63,650 nucleotides of DNA, filler included, from Phoronis australis (GCA_002633005.1; 4 parts of 4 records of this genome joined end to end with filler, not necessarily neighbours in it); one strand, 5' to 3'; shown: positions 46,901 through 60,232, counted from the whole stretch's first letter. Numbers and translations: made by a program. The notes: generated from the sequence alone by a model not told the origin.

Positions 46901-49900
46901 TTGATAAATGCATAGCACACCTCTCAGGTGATTACGACTGATAACGGAGGTCTGTAGATGACATTTTAAAATGTTCACTTGTACTTCCCACAATGGTGGA
47001 AACCTACAATAATTAGATAAAAGAGCTTCAACATCTTACATATGGTAAAGTTCCGTTATCTGTGGGGTCGCCATTCTCCCAATACCATTGCTGAATGTTG
47101 AAATCAGTGACGCTGCAGCTGTGTTTCTCGAGAAGGTCTGAAATCGGACAGATACGACTGCTTCACAATGCAGTATTATTTATAGTACTGGGGCCGCACC
47201 GTCTACAAACATGTTTATGCGCGGCTATAATGACATATGTTTTCTAACAACACAGGCCTCTGTCTGCTTCGTCAAATCAGTCTCACAATTTAGGAAATAC
47301 GCACGTCCCAGTGCACCGTGTTCAAACACAAGAGGTCGAGCTCTATTACGAAAGTATAGTACACGCGAAGCGTGAACCGACTGAAGCCCAAGTTGTCTTT
47401 AACAGCACATGCACTTGAAATGTGACTGTAAAAATGAAATTTTTTTGGATAATGAAAAATGAAGGAGAAACAGCCGGTGAGAAAGTATAAAACGAGAAAG
47501 AACGCCGTTGGTTGCCTGGAAAGACCATGAGCATCGTGAAAATTGCATCACTCTGGCCTGAACATGAAAGCTACGCTTGCAAAAGTCATCTTATTTTAGT
47601 ACACCTTTCGGTAAGGCAAACCGTGATCTTATCCTATAAGAATCCTATAGGATCCTATAGGATCCCACTGAATATTTTCGTATGGGAGTATACCTTTCGG
47701 TAAGGCAAACCGTGATCCACCAATTAATACTGATCCACGGGTGTAGCAAGTGGTCTCTAAACTCCGGTACTACAGGTGCTAAGGACACCATTCATATAAA
47801 GACTAATCAATTGGAAACGTAGCTTCGACCAGAAATACACATGTACTGTATGAGTAACACAGGTTACTATAAGCATGTGTGCGATGCACATTCATGGAAC
47901 AGATTCGCAAGCAAAGCTGCCGTTTCGAGACATGAACAAAGTTTAAATAAAAACCGTTCTCACAGTTAAATCGAGGGCTATTAGACAGCTTTTCGATGGC
48001 GAGCCACGATCTTGTCATTGTTTTATCTCAATGCAGCACATTTTAATGGTAAAGGCAACATTTACGGACAATGTTCAGCTGCCGCTGCGGGTTCTCCGAT
48101 CTTACTCATCGAGGCTGACGCGTACTGTATTTATGGAGTCGTTTTTAGGAACACACTATTGTTCTGACCCGTAAGCTGTAGTATTAGTAATGGGGTTCTG
48201 CATACGTGTACATCGTTTTGAATACCCATTGGAATGTTGTTCACGTGAAAAGATCCTGTTATTCCTGGATCACTTCGCATTAGCATGCCCAAGTCGTATT
48301 ACATTGTTTCTACGCTCCTTTGCCGGCTCTTGAATCGAAAGCAGACGATCTTCAATTAGATTAACTAGATTTGTACCTCAGCAATTTTTTTTAAAAAACC
48401 ATTAAGTTTGCCCATCTAGGAGAAAAATCCAGTCTTCAAACTATTACGTTGCAAGATAACTTTCGATTTCAGCTTTGACCGATTTCGGTCTTAACTTTGG
48501 TCATTAAAAAATTTCAAGAATCTGGGCTCAGACATTTNNNNNNNNNNNNNNNNNNNNNNNNNNNNNNNNNNNNNNNNNNNNNNNNNNNNNNNNNNNNNNN
48601 NNNNNNNNNNNNNNNNNNNNNNGCAAATTAAGGCCGCCATTATTCAAAATTCGACTTTTGCTTATAACTGAAGTGCCAGGCACCCCAAGTCATTTATTTT
48701 AACGCCTTTACCAAAGTTTCTGTGAAATCAGTTTGCAAGCTGTTGCATGATGAATTTTCATACTATAAACAAATAAAGGACATCAGCATTCCAAATAATG
48801 TTTCTGCTCATAATTTCCTTACGTACATGTAGATTATTTTCGAATTGATCTTATGTTTTTATGGTCATAATGAATTTGCATAATTGGTAATTTTCACAAA
48901 TTACAGCTGCCATATTCAAAATTGTACTAGTGCTTACAACTGTTGCATCAGACACCAGAGGTAGTTATAAATACTTGCACCCATGTTTCAGTGGTCAATG
49001 AATTTAATGAAATCTGTTTGCAGGTTGTAGCATGATAAATTTACAAAGTCTCCTAGTTTTTTAATGATGAGGTATGAAAGCATTTTCTGTAGTGAGTGTT
49101 CTGCAGTTTGATAACTGAAATTCCAAAAAATATTGCCTATTGCCCTGCACTCCTACAGACCATAGAAAAGACGAAGAGTAATTTAATGACTTGGGAGAAT
49201 GTTGGAATGGAGCTCGGACCGATCAGTTTGTTGGGACAACATTCATGAGGTACGAATACAGTAGTGAGGTAATAGTAGGGAATTGCCCTCAAAGAAGAGA
49301 CTCTTAAGCTTTGGGCACAAGTTGCCATTTGTCCTACAAGATTGGAACAGATCTTGGAGAGATCTTGTACTAAAAACCCATCACACGGAATGCCCTCCTT
49401 GATGCACATACCCAGGATATTGCACGAATCTGTCAAAAGCAGATACCAGCATCGATCTATTGTATCCCATGTCCATCCCAAAGACGCAGTGGTAAACATT
49501 AGCAGTGACAGGATTGCTACTCCAACAGTTAACTTACGTGAAACAATAAGCATTAGGCAGGCAATGTTATCAGACTTCAAGAAAGGCTGGCAGAACTTTA
49601 GGAACACAAGTAGATAATCGCTGATGAAGATCCTAGTCCCTTAATATACATGTACATGTAGTACAGGCACATTGGAGACATCCCACGAGGAAGCTACATG
49701 TACATGTAGCTCCTTATTGTGCAACAGGACGTGAAATGTGCATACACAGAACTTAACAAATTTTAGGTTGTTTCGGATGACAAAAATGTATTAGTCCTTC
49801 CTGTGCATTACTAAGACAAGCAACAGCTTCAAATACCACTACCATGAAATCCCCTGGTATGCGTAGAACAGTCGTAAACTCAAAGTGAACACAGGAAACA

Positions 49901-52900
49901 TGTAGCGACATTGTAAAGGTCTTCTCCCTGCACATGCGCTGTATGGGTGTAACACGGTGGCATGCTACTACGGAGTTGGAAAGGGATCCACCATTAAATT
50001 ATTGAAGGCTGGACATGACTTGTCTGCCAATCGGCACTATTAATGCACATGTTTCAGATGTCATGAAACAGGCAACTAAATGTATGTGTGCCTGTTACGG
50101 AATGAAGACAATCAGGAAGATGCCAGGAACCAGACTTCCAGTATGGGGAAGAGAAACGGCAAGATATATATGTCCGCCCCCAAACTGTCACCAACAGCAG
50201 AGACATTCACAGAGAATGTAAATGTAAACAGGGAGCATTACCAGTCAGTCATGTGCATGGTGGAATGTCACCAGCACTAGATCCAGAGCACTATGGTGTC
50301 CAACCCGCTTCTATTGTATGCTGGTGATGATTAGGTGTGGCTTCAGAGGTCAGACTTCATGAAATTCAGGTAGATACAATTGCAGTGTCAATTTTCTTCC
50401 CCCACACAATATTTTGGGCACGTTATACCATGCGCGCACCCAGGGGGGGGGGGNGGGGTCTTTTGGCGAAGTGGGCAAGAAGGTCCGCATTACTGACTGA
50501 TTTGATAGTAAAAGGTTCACATCGCCAAGAATTCGGGTCCCCCACATTGAAGACTGGGTGTGCGCATGTATATTGTAGTGCGCTCACGTTCTGAATGTCG
50601 AATTAGGTTTTAAAACGTCTGACTGATCTCCAATAGATAGGTTATGGTCTGGTTTTGTGCCATTAAACAATTTGGTCATCTACTACATATACCCTGGATA
50701 TCAGACAAAACTAGAGTTTGTAATGTTGTATAATAAATAACAGATTTTGTACATATATGATGTAATGACATTAGATTCATCAGTAAAATACCAAAATAAT
50801 CTGCACGTAGTGCCCCCCGTAAGAAAGTTATGAGCAGAAACATAATTTTTAATAATGGTCGCCTTTATTTGCATAAATTATGCGAATTTTTCATGTAACT
50901 TGTCAACTGATTTCATTAAGCTAATTGATCATAGGAACCTAGGTTCAAATATCATGAGAGTTTACCTGTGGTGCTTGGTACGGCAGCTATAAGCACAAGT
51001 ATAATTTTGTATAACTGTCACACGCGCCTGAATATTCGGCAACAATGCTTTCATCAGCGTAGCAGTGCATCGATGCCGTAAGCTATTGTGTCAAGACTAG
51101 GTCCCGCTATACTGTCACTTACTGTGCGTAGGCGCTATGCAGATGTAAAAAATGGTTGGCTGGGCCTACATCCCACTGTAAGGTAACTTACAGTCGGCAC
51201 TACGTAAGCGTTACTTTTAAACGCCAAAAGGTGTTTGGTTGCGCCTACGTGCACATGCGCCTCACTACAGCACTGTTCTTCTAACTGCGAAGGATTTAAA
51301 ATGCTAAACAATGAACCCAACTGGAACAGATGCGATGAGACAGCATCTATACAGATGGCCATACATTACCAAAAAGGGGCTTGCAAATTTCTACCTTCCA
51401 ATAAATCTGCCTACAACTGCTGCTCGCCTACATGTACATCCTATCAAACGGTTCGGAAGCGCGCTGTCATCGAAATGCTCTCAAAACAATCCTTCGATCT
51501 AAGCTGTGAGTATCAGGTTTAAGTCTTGTTCATGCATCTGAAACAAAGAGACACATAGAGAACATACCCTCTGCGCAAAGAACTCCCATTCTTACTTCCT
51601 CGACAATCCATCTGCTTAAAGCGTACGCTGTTGTAGAACCTTTTACGGAACCGCTCGTGTTCACGTTTAGTGAGACGGTTAGTTTACCGGAAGGTAGACC
51701 TCTGCAGATGCCGTCGACTAAAAGAATAAAATAAAACAACGTCAGCAGTTACCGGGAATTTCCGTAGATAAGTCCACCTGATGAAAAGCCCTTGGAACTT
51801 TACTTGGAAAATTATGCCGAATGAAGGTCATGGCGTTTGTTTGGAGTTACAACTTCTGGAGTCAAACGTCCAGATAGTGGGGCGTTTATTAGTAGGTTTC
51901 TTCTTAAAGGGGTAGGTTGAAAGCTATTTAGTTGCAGTTAATATTTGTGCACATGTGTTGACTGCTAATAAAGTTTGTTTGTGAACCACATTTATTTTTA
52001 CTTCATCGAGCATGTTCGTCTATAATTCGTTTAAAATGCACTCCCCTCCCACTTCCACACAAAACTTGGAGAACACAAAATGTTCAACTTCGGCTATTTT
52101 CGGAAAAAACGTCACGAAAGGGAGGTGACCCGATCATTGCCGGGTCTGTCTACCCGGGTGAGAATTTGACACGTTTGACAAGCTCTAAAAACGTGGAGTA
52201 TTGGAACGCCCTAAAAGCGTGTCAAACGTGTAAAACGTGGCATGTTAAACGTGTAAATTGTAGCGTGTCAAACGTGTCAAGAACATGTCAAAAACGTGTA
52301 ATTTTCGTTCCAATACTTAGCGTGTCAAACGTGTAAATTAGAGCAAACGTGGCACTTCTGAAAGCGTGTGAAACGTGGCGCTTTTGACACGCTAGCGTGT
52401 CGAACGTGGCACTTTTGACACGCTAGCGTGTCGAACGTGGTGCTTTTGACACGCTAGCGTGTCGAACGATGCGCTTTTGACACGCTAGCCTGTAATCTAT
52501 CATTGCCATGGTAGCGACTCCACATTTAGCCTGAGGCCGTGTACAAGCCATATTGTTCTTGTTTATAGCAGCTCACCATCCACCATCCACCATGGAAATC
52601 CATACTAAAAGCAAATGCATAAATGAATTTCTTCTTTAAGTCACTGTTTATTGAAACATGTAAATAATCCAAAATGTGATAATGATATAGAATCTTTGAA
52701 AAATAATGTAACTATCCACTTCTTACCACATACAGGTACAGTTGTCACTAAATTTTTTACGTAGAATAACATTAACACAGAAATAAGAAAATGGTTCAAC
52801 ATACAAGTTCTAAGTGCTTAAGCTGCTATATATATGTATATACTGCTCTCTGACTCAGAACTTGACAGATACATTGTACATATAGTACGAGACTGTAACC

Positions 52901-55900
52901 ATAAATTTTGATGGCTGACCTCTGCAACACGTGAAGCTTGCACGCGCGCTCTTAAGCAGGGTCACATCTTCAAACAGTTTTAATTCTAGTGGAGGCTGCG
53001 TGGTGACTGGTCGTCTGCGCAACGCAGGACGGCACGGGGCTATTACTCAGCAATTTTGTAAATTTAATAGTGAATGACTAATCTGAGGGCAAGAGAAACT
53101 TTGTTGGGATCATCCGCTGTTATGACGTTTTCACAGTCATTTGGCGACGTGACGATAAAGCTCTTTGAAAAGGGCTACGCGTTCCGAATATGAGTGTCGT
53201 GTCGGGATTTAGATCACCAGGTAAGATTAACCGCACAGGGCGGTTGTCTGTCATAATAAGTGCCCATGTTCGGTTAACCGCCCATACCCTACTTAGGTAG
53301 ATTTTCGATTTAACCGCCCACTGCTCGGTTAACCGCCCTCCCCCGATTTTTTGGGTTCGCCAATTTAACCGCCCAGGGCGTTAACCCGAACGATTACGGT
53401 AAGTTAGCTTTTGAGTCATGCCAAATGCTTGAAGACAGTTTATGAAGTAAAGAACAGACGCACTTTGTAACATTTTTGAATTACCACGATTCAACATTTG
53501 TCATAACATCGAGTTCATGTTGATTTTGCAGCCCAAACCTCTGCACACGATGTCTTATCCACATTCAAGCTGACACTAAATGTGGGTTGATCCTATAACA
53601 ACAATTAAGAATTGATATACTACTGAAGATGAGAGGCGTTCCAACTTCATATATTACATGCATAGTCAACAGTTTCTACTGACTCTTTTACAGTCAAACT
53701 TACCTGTTAAAAGAAAGACCATTTGCAAGAAAAGTTTATCAAGCCACTGTCAACCAGAGTACATACATACCAAACTTCTGTTAGAGCTGCACCACACTCG
53801 AAAACAATACTTCATAAGTGCTCTCCTGACACAACTGCACTACCTGACAGCTAAACCAACTCTAACTCAGTAATTGGATATTTGAAAAGCCAGTGAAATC
53901 TCTTGTTGCAAATTCTTTGATGTTATTAAGAGAACATGTTTAGTCATTCAAATTGGGTGATTGCCTTCCAGTGGTCTTTTAAGAACTGCCAAGCCTATTT
54001 AAATTGTATCTTTATTGAAGAGTTCTATCATATTTTACACGTTTGACACGCTAGCGTGTCAAAATTTTACATGTTTGACACGCTAGCGTGTAAAATTTTA
54101 CACGTTTGACACGATAGCGTGTCGTATTTTACACGTTTGACACGCTAGCATGGCAAATTTTACACGTTTGACACGCTCACGTGGCACATTATTACACGTT
54201 TGGCACACAAGCGTGTAAAATTTTACACGTTTGACACGCTACTGTGTCATGTTTTTACACGTTTCACACGTTAGCGTGGCAATTTTGACACGTATTACAC
54301 GTTTTTTACACGTTTGACATGCTCAAAAGCGTGTCAAACATATAAAATTCTCACCCTGGTATAGCGTCCATTGCTGCGTGCCAAGAGGTGTACTTTTTTC
54401 TCGAATTTAGACGTATTTTTAGATTAAACTGGAGTAACAATTTGAAGAAGAATGCCGGACTGTTGTGTAGTTGGAGGCTGTGACAATATACGCCACGGGC
54501 TGGGGTATCTTTTCACAAGTAACTTTATTGTTGATAAGCGTTTGCGGTAAAGTTGCAGGAAACTTTATTGTTGAAAAATGTTTGCGGGAAAGTTGCAGGA
54601 AACTTTATTGATGAAAAAGTGTTTGCGGAAAGTTACAGGAAACTTTATTGTTGAAAAGCGTTTGCGGTAAAGTTGCAGGAAACTTTATTGATGAAAAAGT
54701 GTTTGCGGGAAAGTTGCAGGAAATTTTATTGGTGAAAAGTGTTCTTAGGAATAGGTGAAAAAGTGCTTGCACGAAATTTGCAGTAAAATTGAATGTTTAA
54801 AGTGTTAGCATTAATATTGTGACAATGTTAGAAATTGTGAAATTGTTTTTTATTTTCTTAAATTTCAAAGAAACCTCAAATCCCAGAACCTAAGCAGGGC
54901 AGTTACTTATTTTAGATTACTTACCTAAATGTGACCTATTGTTGGGTAAGTTACATTGTTAAAAACAGCATATGCTCAAAGATGAACACTAGAGCATATA
55001 ACTGCATCTGTATGTTCTTTGTTTGTTATTCAGTCACTATACTTAACAGGTTTTCATTTTACTTTCATACTGCTGTCAGTCAGTACAGCAAAATATTAAA
55101 TGCAATTGCTTTAAAACAACAAAGGCAGTGTTACCTGCATGTTGTGTAAACAAGCATAATAAATATCAATACAAACCATACACAAATATATGATCCAGTT
55201 TTACCAAATGTGCAAGTATTAGCATTTAGAGCAATTTGTACTTTTCCAACATTTGAAATTATCTCATAATCAGGTGGTAGCTGCCACTGTAGCTACAGTA
55301 AAATTTTGTCTATTTCGGACAAACATAATTGCCAAAAATTTTGATTTTTCAAGGACATTTAGCATTGTTGTGAAGACTCATAATTTTTCAAAATATTGTC
55401 GTTCAGCAGCTATGGTACGGACTTGGATATGACTCGGGATTCTTGTGGTACTGACACATTATTTATGAAAAAATAAGAAATTTAATTTCACTAGTGTCCT
55501 TATATTATTGTTTTATACTTCTAGGGTTATTGTACATTTTAATATACTAACCCAGCTACATGTTGAAGTGCTAGGACAGTTTTCAAGGAATGCCTCTTGA
55601 AATACATTAATGTTTAATGCCTCTATAAAAACTGCGCTGTTTACGTCGACGCTCCGCTCAGACCGGAGTTAAGTCAATATGAAAGGGCCTTTAGGCTGTT
55701 GATTGTTTATTTAAATTATGCTAGCCCAGCCACATGTTGATCTGGTGGGACTGTTATCAAGGAAAGAATGTGGTTGTCAAGGTTACATGCCTGGGAAGTG
55801 ACCTATAAGCTTTCATTTGAAACAAATTCAAACGGTTTTGGTACAGCCTAGGCTCTACATGGATAACTGAAGAACTGTATGGATGTGAGTTTTGAATTTT

Positions 55901-58900
55901 AAATTGTATTTATATTCATGTGATTGTTAAGTAAAATTACTTAGACTTCATTCATGAATCAGAAGTTTTGGTCTTACAAACAAAAGGATGTTGCTTTTCA
56001 TACTGATTCAGCCAAATTGGAGGTTATAATGGTTAGGGAAAAGTACAGCACAGATTTCAAATGAGTTAACTGGGGTTGAGACCAGAATCAAATAGTTTCC
56101 AAAACGTTGTCAAGTTACAGCTTACCAGTCCTTCAAAATAATCACTTAACTGAGACTGTAAAACTTAAGTTTGTGTCAAATTTCACATCGCTCTCTGACT
56201 GTTTGATTCACTATAGGAACAACAAATTTTTATTTTGGTTAGTGAGGTAACTATTGGGCACAAAATAAGATTAGCATATTGTATATTTAACTACTGGTAG
56301 GTGTTTTAACTGCCCTCACCTTCAGTCATACACCAGTTCTCAGTCTGCAGTCAAACTATTGAACACAAGTTCAACTGTCTGCTCATACATGAGGAGAAGA
56401 GCAAAAGTTCGACTTGTAATTGAGATTCTAATAATGCTATCACAAATGCCTTTTTTGTGAAAAGTGAAATGGCATTCATATTTTAGGTTTATGAATATTG
56501 AGTGACATAATGTACTTGATGAAAGCCAGAGACACTGCAGAGGTTACAAGGCAAGAAGTTTGAGTTGAAAACAAGGGAATAAATGGCGTACACAGCATCT
56601 CAAAGTTGGTTCGAACAAACATGGATGAAAACACTAGCGATCATCCCATATGAACCCTATGGAACACCTCCGATTGCTGTAATGCAGATTAGTCTGGAGT
56701 AGAATGTGTTTAGAACGTCCACTGGTATGGTTATACATGTAACTGGATGTAACCTCTGTAGTTGTTTTTTTTCAGCACCATGGCAATATTGTAGAATGGA
56801 AAGGTATAATTTATGTTTGATGCCTTAGATAAATGAATGCTGTTATTGGATGATATCGCTATAGTCGAAATATTGCAAATTTCAACAAAGGCCTACAAGT
56901 TCAATGATAACCCATTCAGTAGACTGATGATCACGAAACAATATTGGGAAGCAAAAATAGTAATCGATGAAGTATTCGACAGTTTTCAAGTATTTTAAAT
57001 ATGTTTATAATTGTTAAGAGTGATTTTTTTCAGTTGACAAATAATGAGGTAATTTAAAATAAAATGCTTAAATATGCTCATCATGCTGTTCTAAGCATGC
57101 CTTTCTACGGGGGAAAGTCAGATTTCATGGTTTTCTCCACTGGCGCCATTTTCAATGCTAATAATCACCCCGTTGGGTGCATTTCAATGCTCTGTGTTGC
57201 TGCTGTTAGTTTAGTCAAGTAAATAATATCGTTGTTGCAATTATTATAGATTTTGCCGTGCGTTAAGAATAAAACATCTCGGTATATTGTAATTAAAGCT
57301 TGCATACATTCCAGTTGTTCTCTCAAGACACAATTTTAATTGTATTTTTTTACAAGTATTATTACTAATTGCCACTGTAGATACTTTTATAGTTTCTGTT
57401 ATTCATTGTCACGTGATTTTGTTTCCATTTCTAGTCATTTTACATCAGATTGAAAATTATCATGTTAAATCCAGTGTGCAGCTGATTGTGTATTTTCTTT
57501 CTTTAACAAGCGGGCATGCAATAAAAATTATGTTTTCAAGTATGTTGTAGTCTTGCAGCAATATTTTTTCTGGTGGTTCGCAGAAACTTCTATATAACCC
57601 CATGAAAATGTTTGCGGCAAGCTTGCAGCAATGTGTGCGGCTGAGTTGCAGGAACTTCCATATAAGGACAGAGATGTTTGCGGCAAGCTTGCAGCAATGT
57701 GTGCGGCTGGGTTGCAGGAACTGTTCCATATAAGGACATAGAGATGTTTGCTGCAAGCTTTCGGCAAACTTCATTTGCATGGTAAAAGTTTGCTGCATGT
57801 TTGCGGCAAGCATGCGGCAAGCTTGCGGCAATGTTTGCGGCTGGGTTGCAGGAAATTTGCATCCACTCTTTGATCAGAGTTGATTCTACGTGTTTGCGGC
57901 TGGTTTGCAGAAACTTTTGCAGCAAGCTTGCCGCAACTTTGCGGCAAGCTTGCGGCAAGTGTTTGCAGGAAGGCCTTTTTTGGTATGGGAGGGTCTTCTA
58001 TACAATTGTATGTTCACACTTGCTCCAAAGTGTTTCAGTTGTGGTGTTTTCTTTTGAACTGTTATTTATTCACAAATTTTTCTTTCCTGGTTATACTTGT
58101 ACACACAGTTCTTCAGGTGGTCACGAGGTGGCACGGGCTACGTATTTTAAATATTCACGGTTTAATGAGACACTAAGCATCTTTAACGGATCATTTTATT
58201 TTAAACCTTGGTTCCCGTCTGGGCTGAATCTTTCATTTGGAGTATTGTGTTAAGTTTTTCTGCTTGGTCTCGACACCAAAACTAAACTTGAGTCATGAGC
58301 AACAACTTGAACGTCAACATGTAAGTTTATCTTAGCCTTGAGCAAAGAGCTGAACGGAGAGGCTAGTTCGCAAAGCGGATATCTACTTAAATTTAAAATA
58401 AAACAAAAAACATCCAATCAAAATGTGTCATGGTCATATACATGTAGTTGTTAACTGGCAGAAGACTGGAAAGTCTGTTACGCCGTTTCGTTAATTTACT
58501 GTACAGACAAATAATGGCTTGATCAATTTTTCAACAAAAACGACTCGAACAAAGTTTGAGTAGGTTGTTATGAACACGAACCAATGCATACGTCGAATGT
58601 TTTCAGTGGCTGGCGACGAAAAACTTCATACGCTGTGACTGAAAAATCGAAAGGAAATTCGTAGCGAGAATTATCGGCTGTCTGCCCGCCATTTATCACT
58701 CCACTCAAGCTACGAACAAAAGTAATGTTTGAATTTTTACTAGGAAAATCTGCGACAGAAAAGTCGATGCATTCGTGTGAGACATTCTACAGGCCCACTG
58801 TCACAAGGAGTGGCGTATTTTCACCGCCCTCGCTCGGCCAGTATACCTCGCTGCGTGAGGAATTTTGGAACTATGTGTAACGTTTTTGTTAACTGCAATA

Positions 58901-60232
58901 TTGTCACAATGCCATTTTTCGAAGTGGTCACGTGACCACTTGTTGTTTCACCTATAACCCTTAGGCGGCGCTCCAGCTGGTTGACGTGTATTCAATCCAT
59001 GCTGGCCGCGCGCAGTTAAAACTATCACTTTCCGTTTTCACGACCCCATTTCTGAATATATGTCCGGGTGTTGGTGTTACTGTGTCTTGTTTCATTAGGG
59101 TAACCATGGGATATTACCATACTGATTTACATAAAAATAGTCTCGCAAACGGAAACTTTCGCGAGATTGTAATGGTAACTGATTCAAAAACGGTTTCCGG
59201 CCCACTGGAGACCCGGGCTTGTTTGTAAACTAGCACTTCATTTACATACTCGTAATTTAGTGAGGCATAGCATCTTTAATCGCCGATTTTCACAAGCCCC
59301 TAGCCCCCTATGGTGCGCAACCCATGATGTAGCAAGGAGTGTAATAACATATTAAACTCCTTGCTTATAGTGCTGAAACCAGTGTCTGTCTTCTCCTAAA
59401 AAAGGATTGTGATTTCTGTTGAGTACCGGCTAATGACTTATTTATCATCTCATGATGAAGCCGAGCAGAACACACCACGAGTTGCAATAATCTTGGGTCA
59501 ATCACTGGAAGTGCCCCATATGCTGTTTCTAATGTGTTTTCATCACAACTGGTACACATTCATCTTTTCCACTAAGCCTTGGCAACACCATTCCAACTTA
59601 CCCCCATTTGTGCCGTCCATAGAAATACCTTCCTTGATTTCCAGAATTCCATCAACAGGTCCGGGGTCAGTACACGCGCTGCCATTAAAGTGTATTGTCC
59701 AACGACACAAACCAGGAGGGGTACCGTACATCATAAACGTACCGGCAAGAAATATGACGTGAACCGCAGTGTCGCCTGCTCGCTTCTCAAACTCATGAGA
59801 CTGAATAAGACATGGAATATCATTAAAACATTGTCAACCTAAGCATGACTGCATAAATCCATCGGCATCGTTACTACTTTTATCACATTTTTGTCACTCT
59901 CGTCAGTTGCTAGTACTGTAATTTCTATAATAGATGTCGCTATCGGCATTAACCACTCTGTTAAAGTTCACAAATAGCCACAATTGCGGACAGTGTAAGC
60001 ATATCTTAAAAATTGATTGGGCAAGGGAGAACTTGCTGAATCCTGCATTCCGTGAACACCGACAACATTATTTAACTATTCACTTTGTCAGACATATGCA
60101 AAACATACAGTATGTGTCCCACTTGTTAAACGTTAAAGTGTCCTACCCAAAGTGTTAAATCTTTGCCAACCAGGCTCCCCTCGGACCAAGTTCTTTGTTG
60201 AACATTGAATCTCGCATGTGAAGGACATGTTC
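43915..60232 (-). CDS. Protein with at least two tandem CTHRC1-like C-terminal domains (5'-incomplete)
   Basis: Exons: 60147-60232 (TCPSHARFNVQQRTWSEG), 59602-59800 (SHEFEKRAGDTAVHVIF..CRWTIHFNGSACTDPGPVDG), 51568-51717 (VDGICRGLPSGKLTVSLNV..SRWIVEEV), 47040-47137 (FNIQQWYWENG..DNGTL), 45484-45691 or its duplicate 44639-44834 (EATF.KQSSTSYLRVYYQGNLR..WGFLLNGERCRDPGPI), 43915-44060 (IDGFCKLPAGEVTIQMYVESC..DAYT..RIVAQEV; TAA). All junctions are GT-AG and in frame. Motifs follow the CTHRC1 globular domain (F-x-K..LRV..G.LR, W.F.FNG..C..P.PI, VEG.C..I..G.V, SRIIIEE). Confidence 0.8.
44619..46316. repeat. Tandem duplication of about 850 bp (44619-45462, 45464-46316) joined by a single N
   Basis: The two copies are visibly highly similar with scattered substitutions and indels. 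Each contains the CTHRC1-like exon and a MITE. Confidence 0.88.
46350..46504. mobile_element. Short MITE (CAGGGGCGGATCC..AATCCGCCACTC)
   Basis: Imperfect TIRs flanked by AGAAT/GGAAT. Related ends occur at 44395, 45118 and 60896. Confidence 0.55.
48623..51015 (+). mobile_element. Decayed AcademX-like DNA transposon (transposase plus XPG/H3TH-like nuclease fragments)
   Basis: Frameshifted + strand fragments at about 49150-50290: CWNGARTDQFVGTTFMRY..LKEETLKLWA; HPKDAVVNISS..TVN; LLPAHALYGCNTVACYYGVGKGSTIKLL (H3TH-like GCD..G.G motif); KQATKCMCACYG; SAPKL..PTAETFTENV..HYQ. The flanks at 48623-49030 and 50818-51015 are inverted copies of a subterminal repeat. Confidence 0.62.
50429..50568. mobile_element. 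Short MITE (CATGCGCGCACCCAG TIR) nested at the edge of the Academ relic; related copy at about 39537-39810
   Basis: CATGCGCGCACCCAG...CTGGGTGTGCGCATG flanked by TATAC/TATAT. It shares CAAGAATTCG and GGC.AAGTGGGCAA segments with the 39.5-kb copy. Confidence 0.6.
52153..54359. mobile_element. Non-autonomous TIR element (TA TSD, CC termini) with palindromic subterminal arrays
   Basis: TA|CCCGGGTGAGAATTT...AAATTCTCACCCTGG|TA. Arrays of about 30-31 bp containing GACACGCTAGCGTGTC lie at 52165-52490 and 54030-54340. A nested fragment with TTAACCGCCC repeats ends ..GATTACGG|TA near 53400. Confidence 0.7.
54520..54790. repeat. About 39-bp tandem array, probably subterminal repeats of a larger non-autonomous element
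   Basis: TTTGCGG(T/G)AAAGTTGCAGGAAACTTTATTG(T/A)TGAAAA units. The motif is related to the array at 57608-57970. Confidence 0.75.
57608..57989. repeat. TTTGCGGCAAGCTTGC-rich subterminal array ending in TTTTGGTATGGG
   Basis: Repeated palindromic GCAAGCTTGC cores. The terminus resembles TTTTCGTATGGG at 47675-47686. The overlapping ORFs here are repeat artefacts. Confidence 0.7.

Noticed and set aside
57460-58253. Overlapping 79-150 aa ORFs (QACRK/AASL repeats)
   Set aside because: They are translations of a low-stop palindromic tandem array, open in several frames on both strands.
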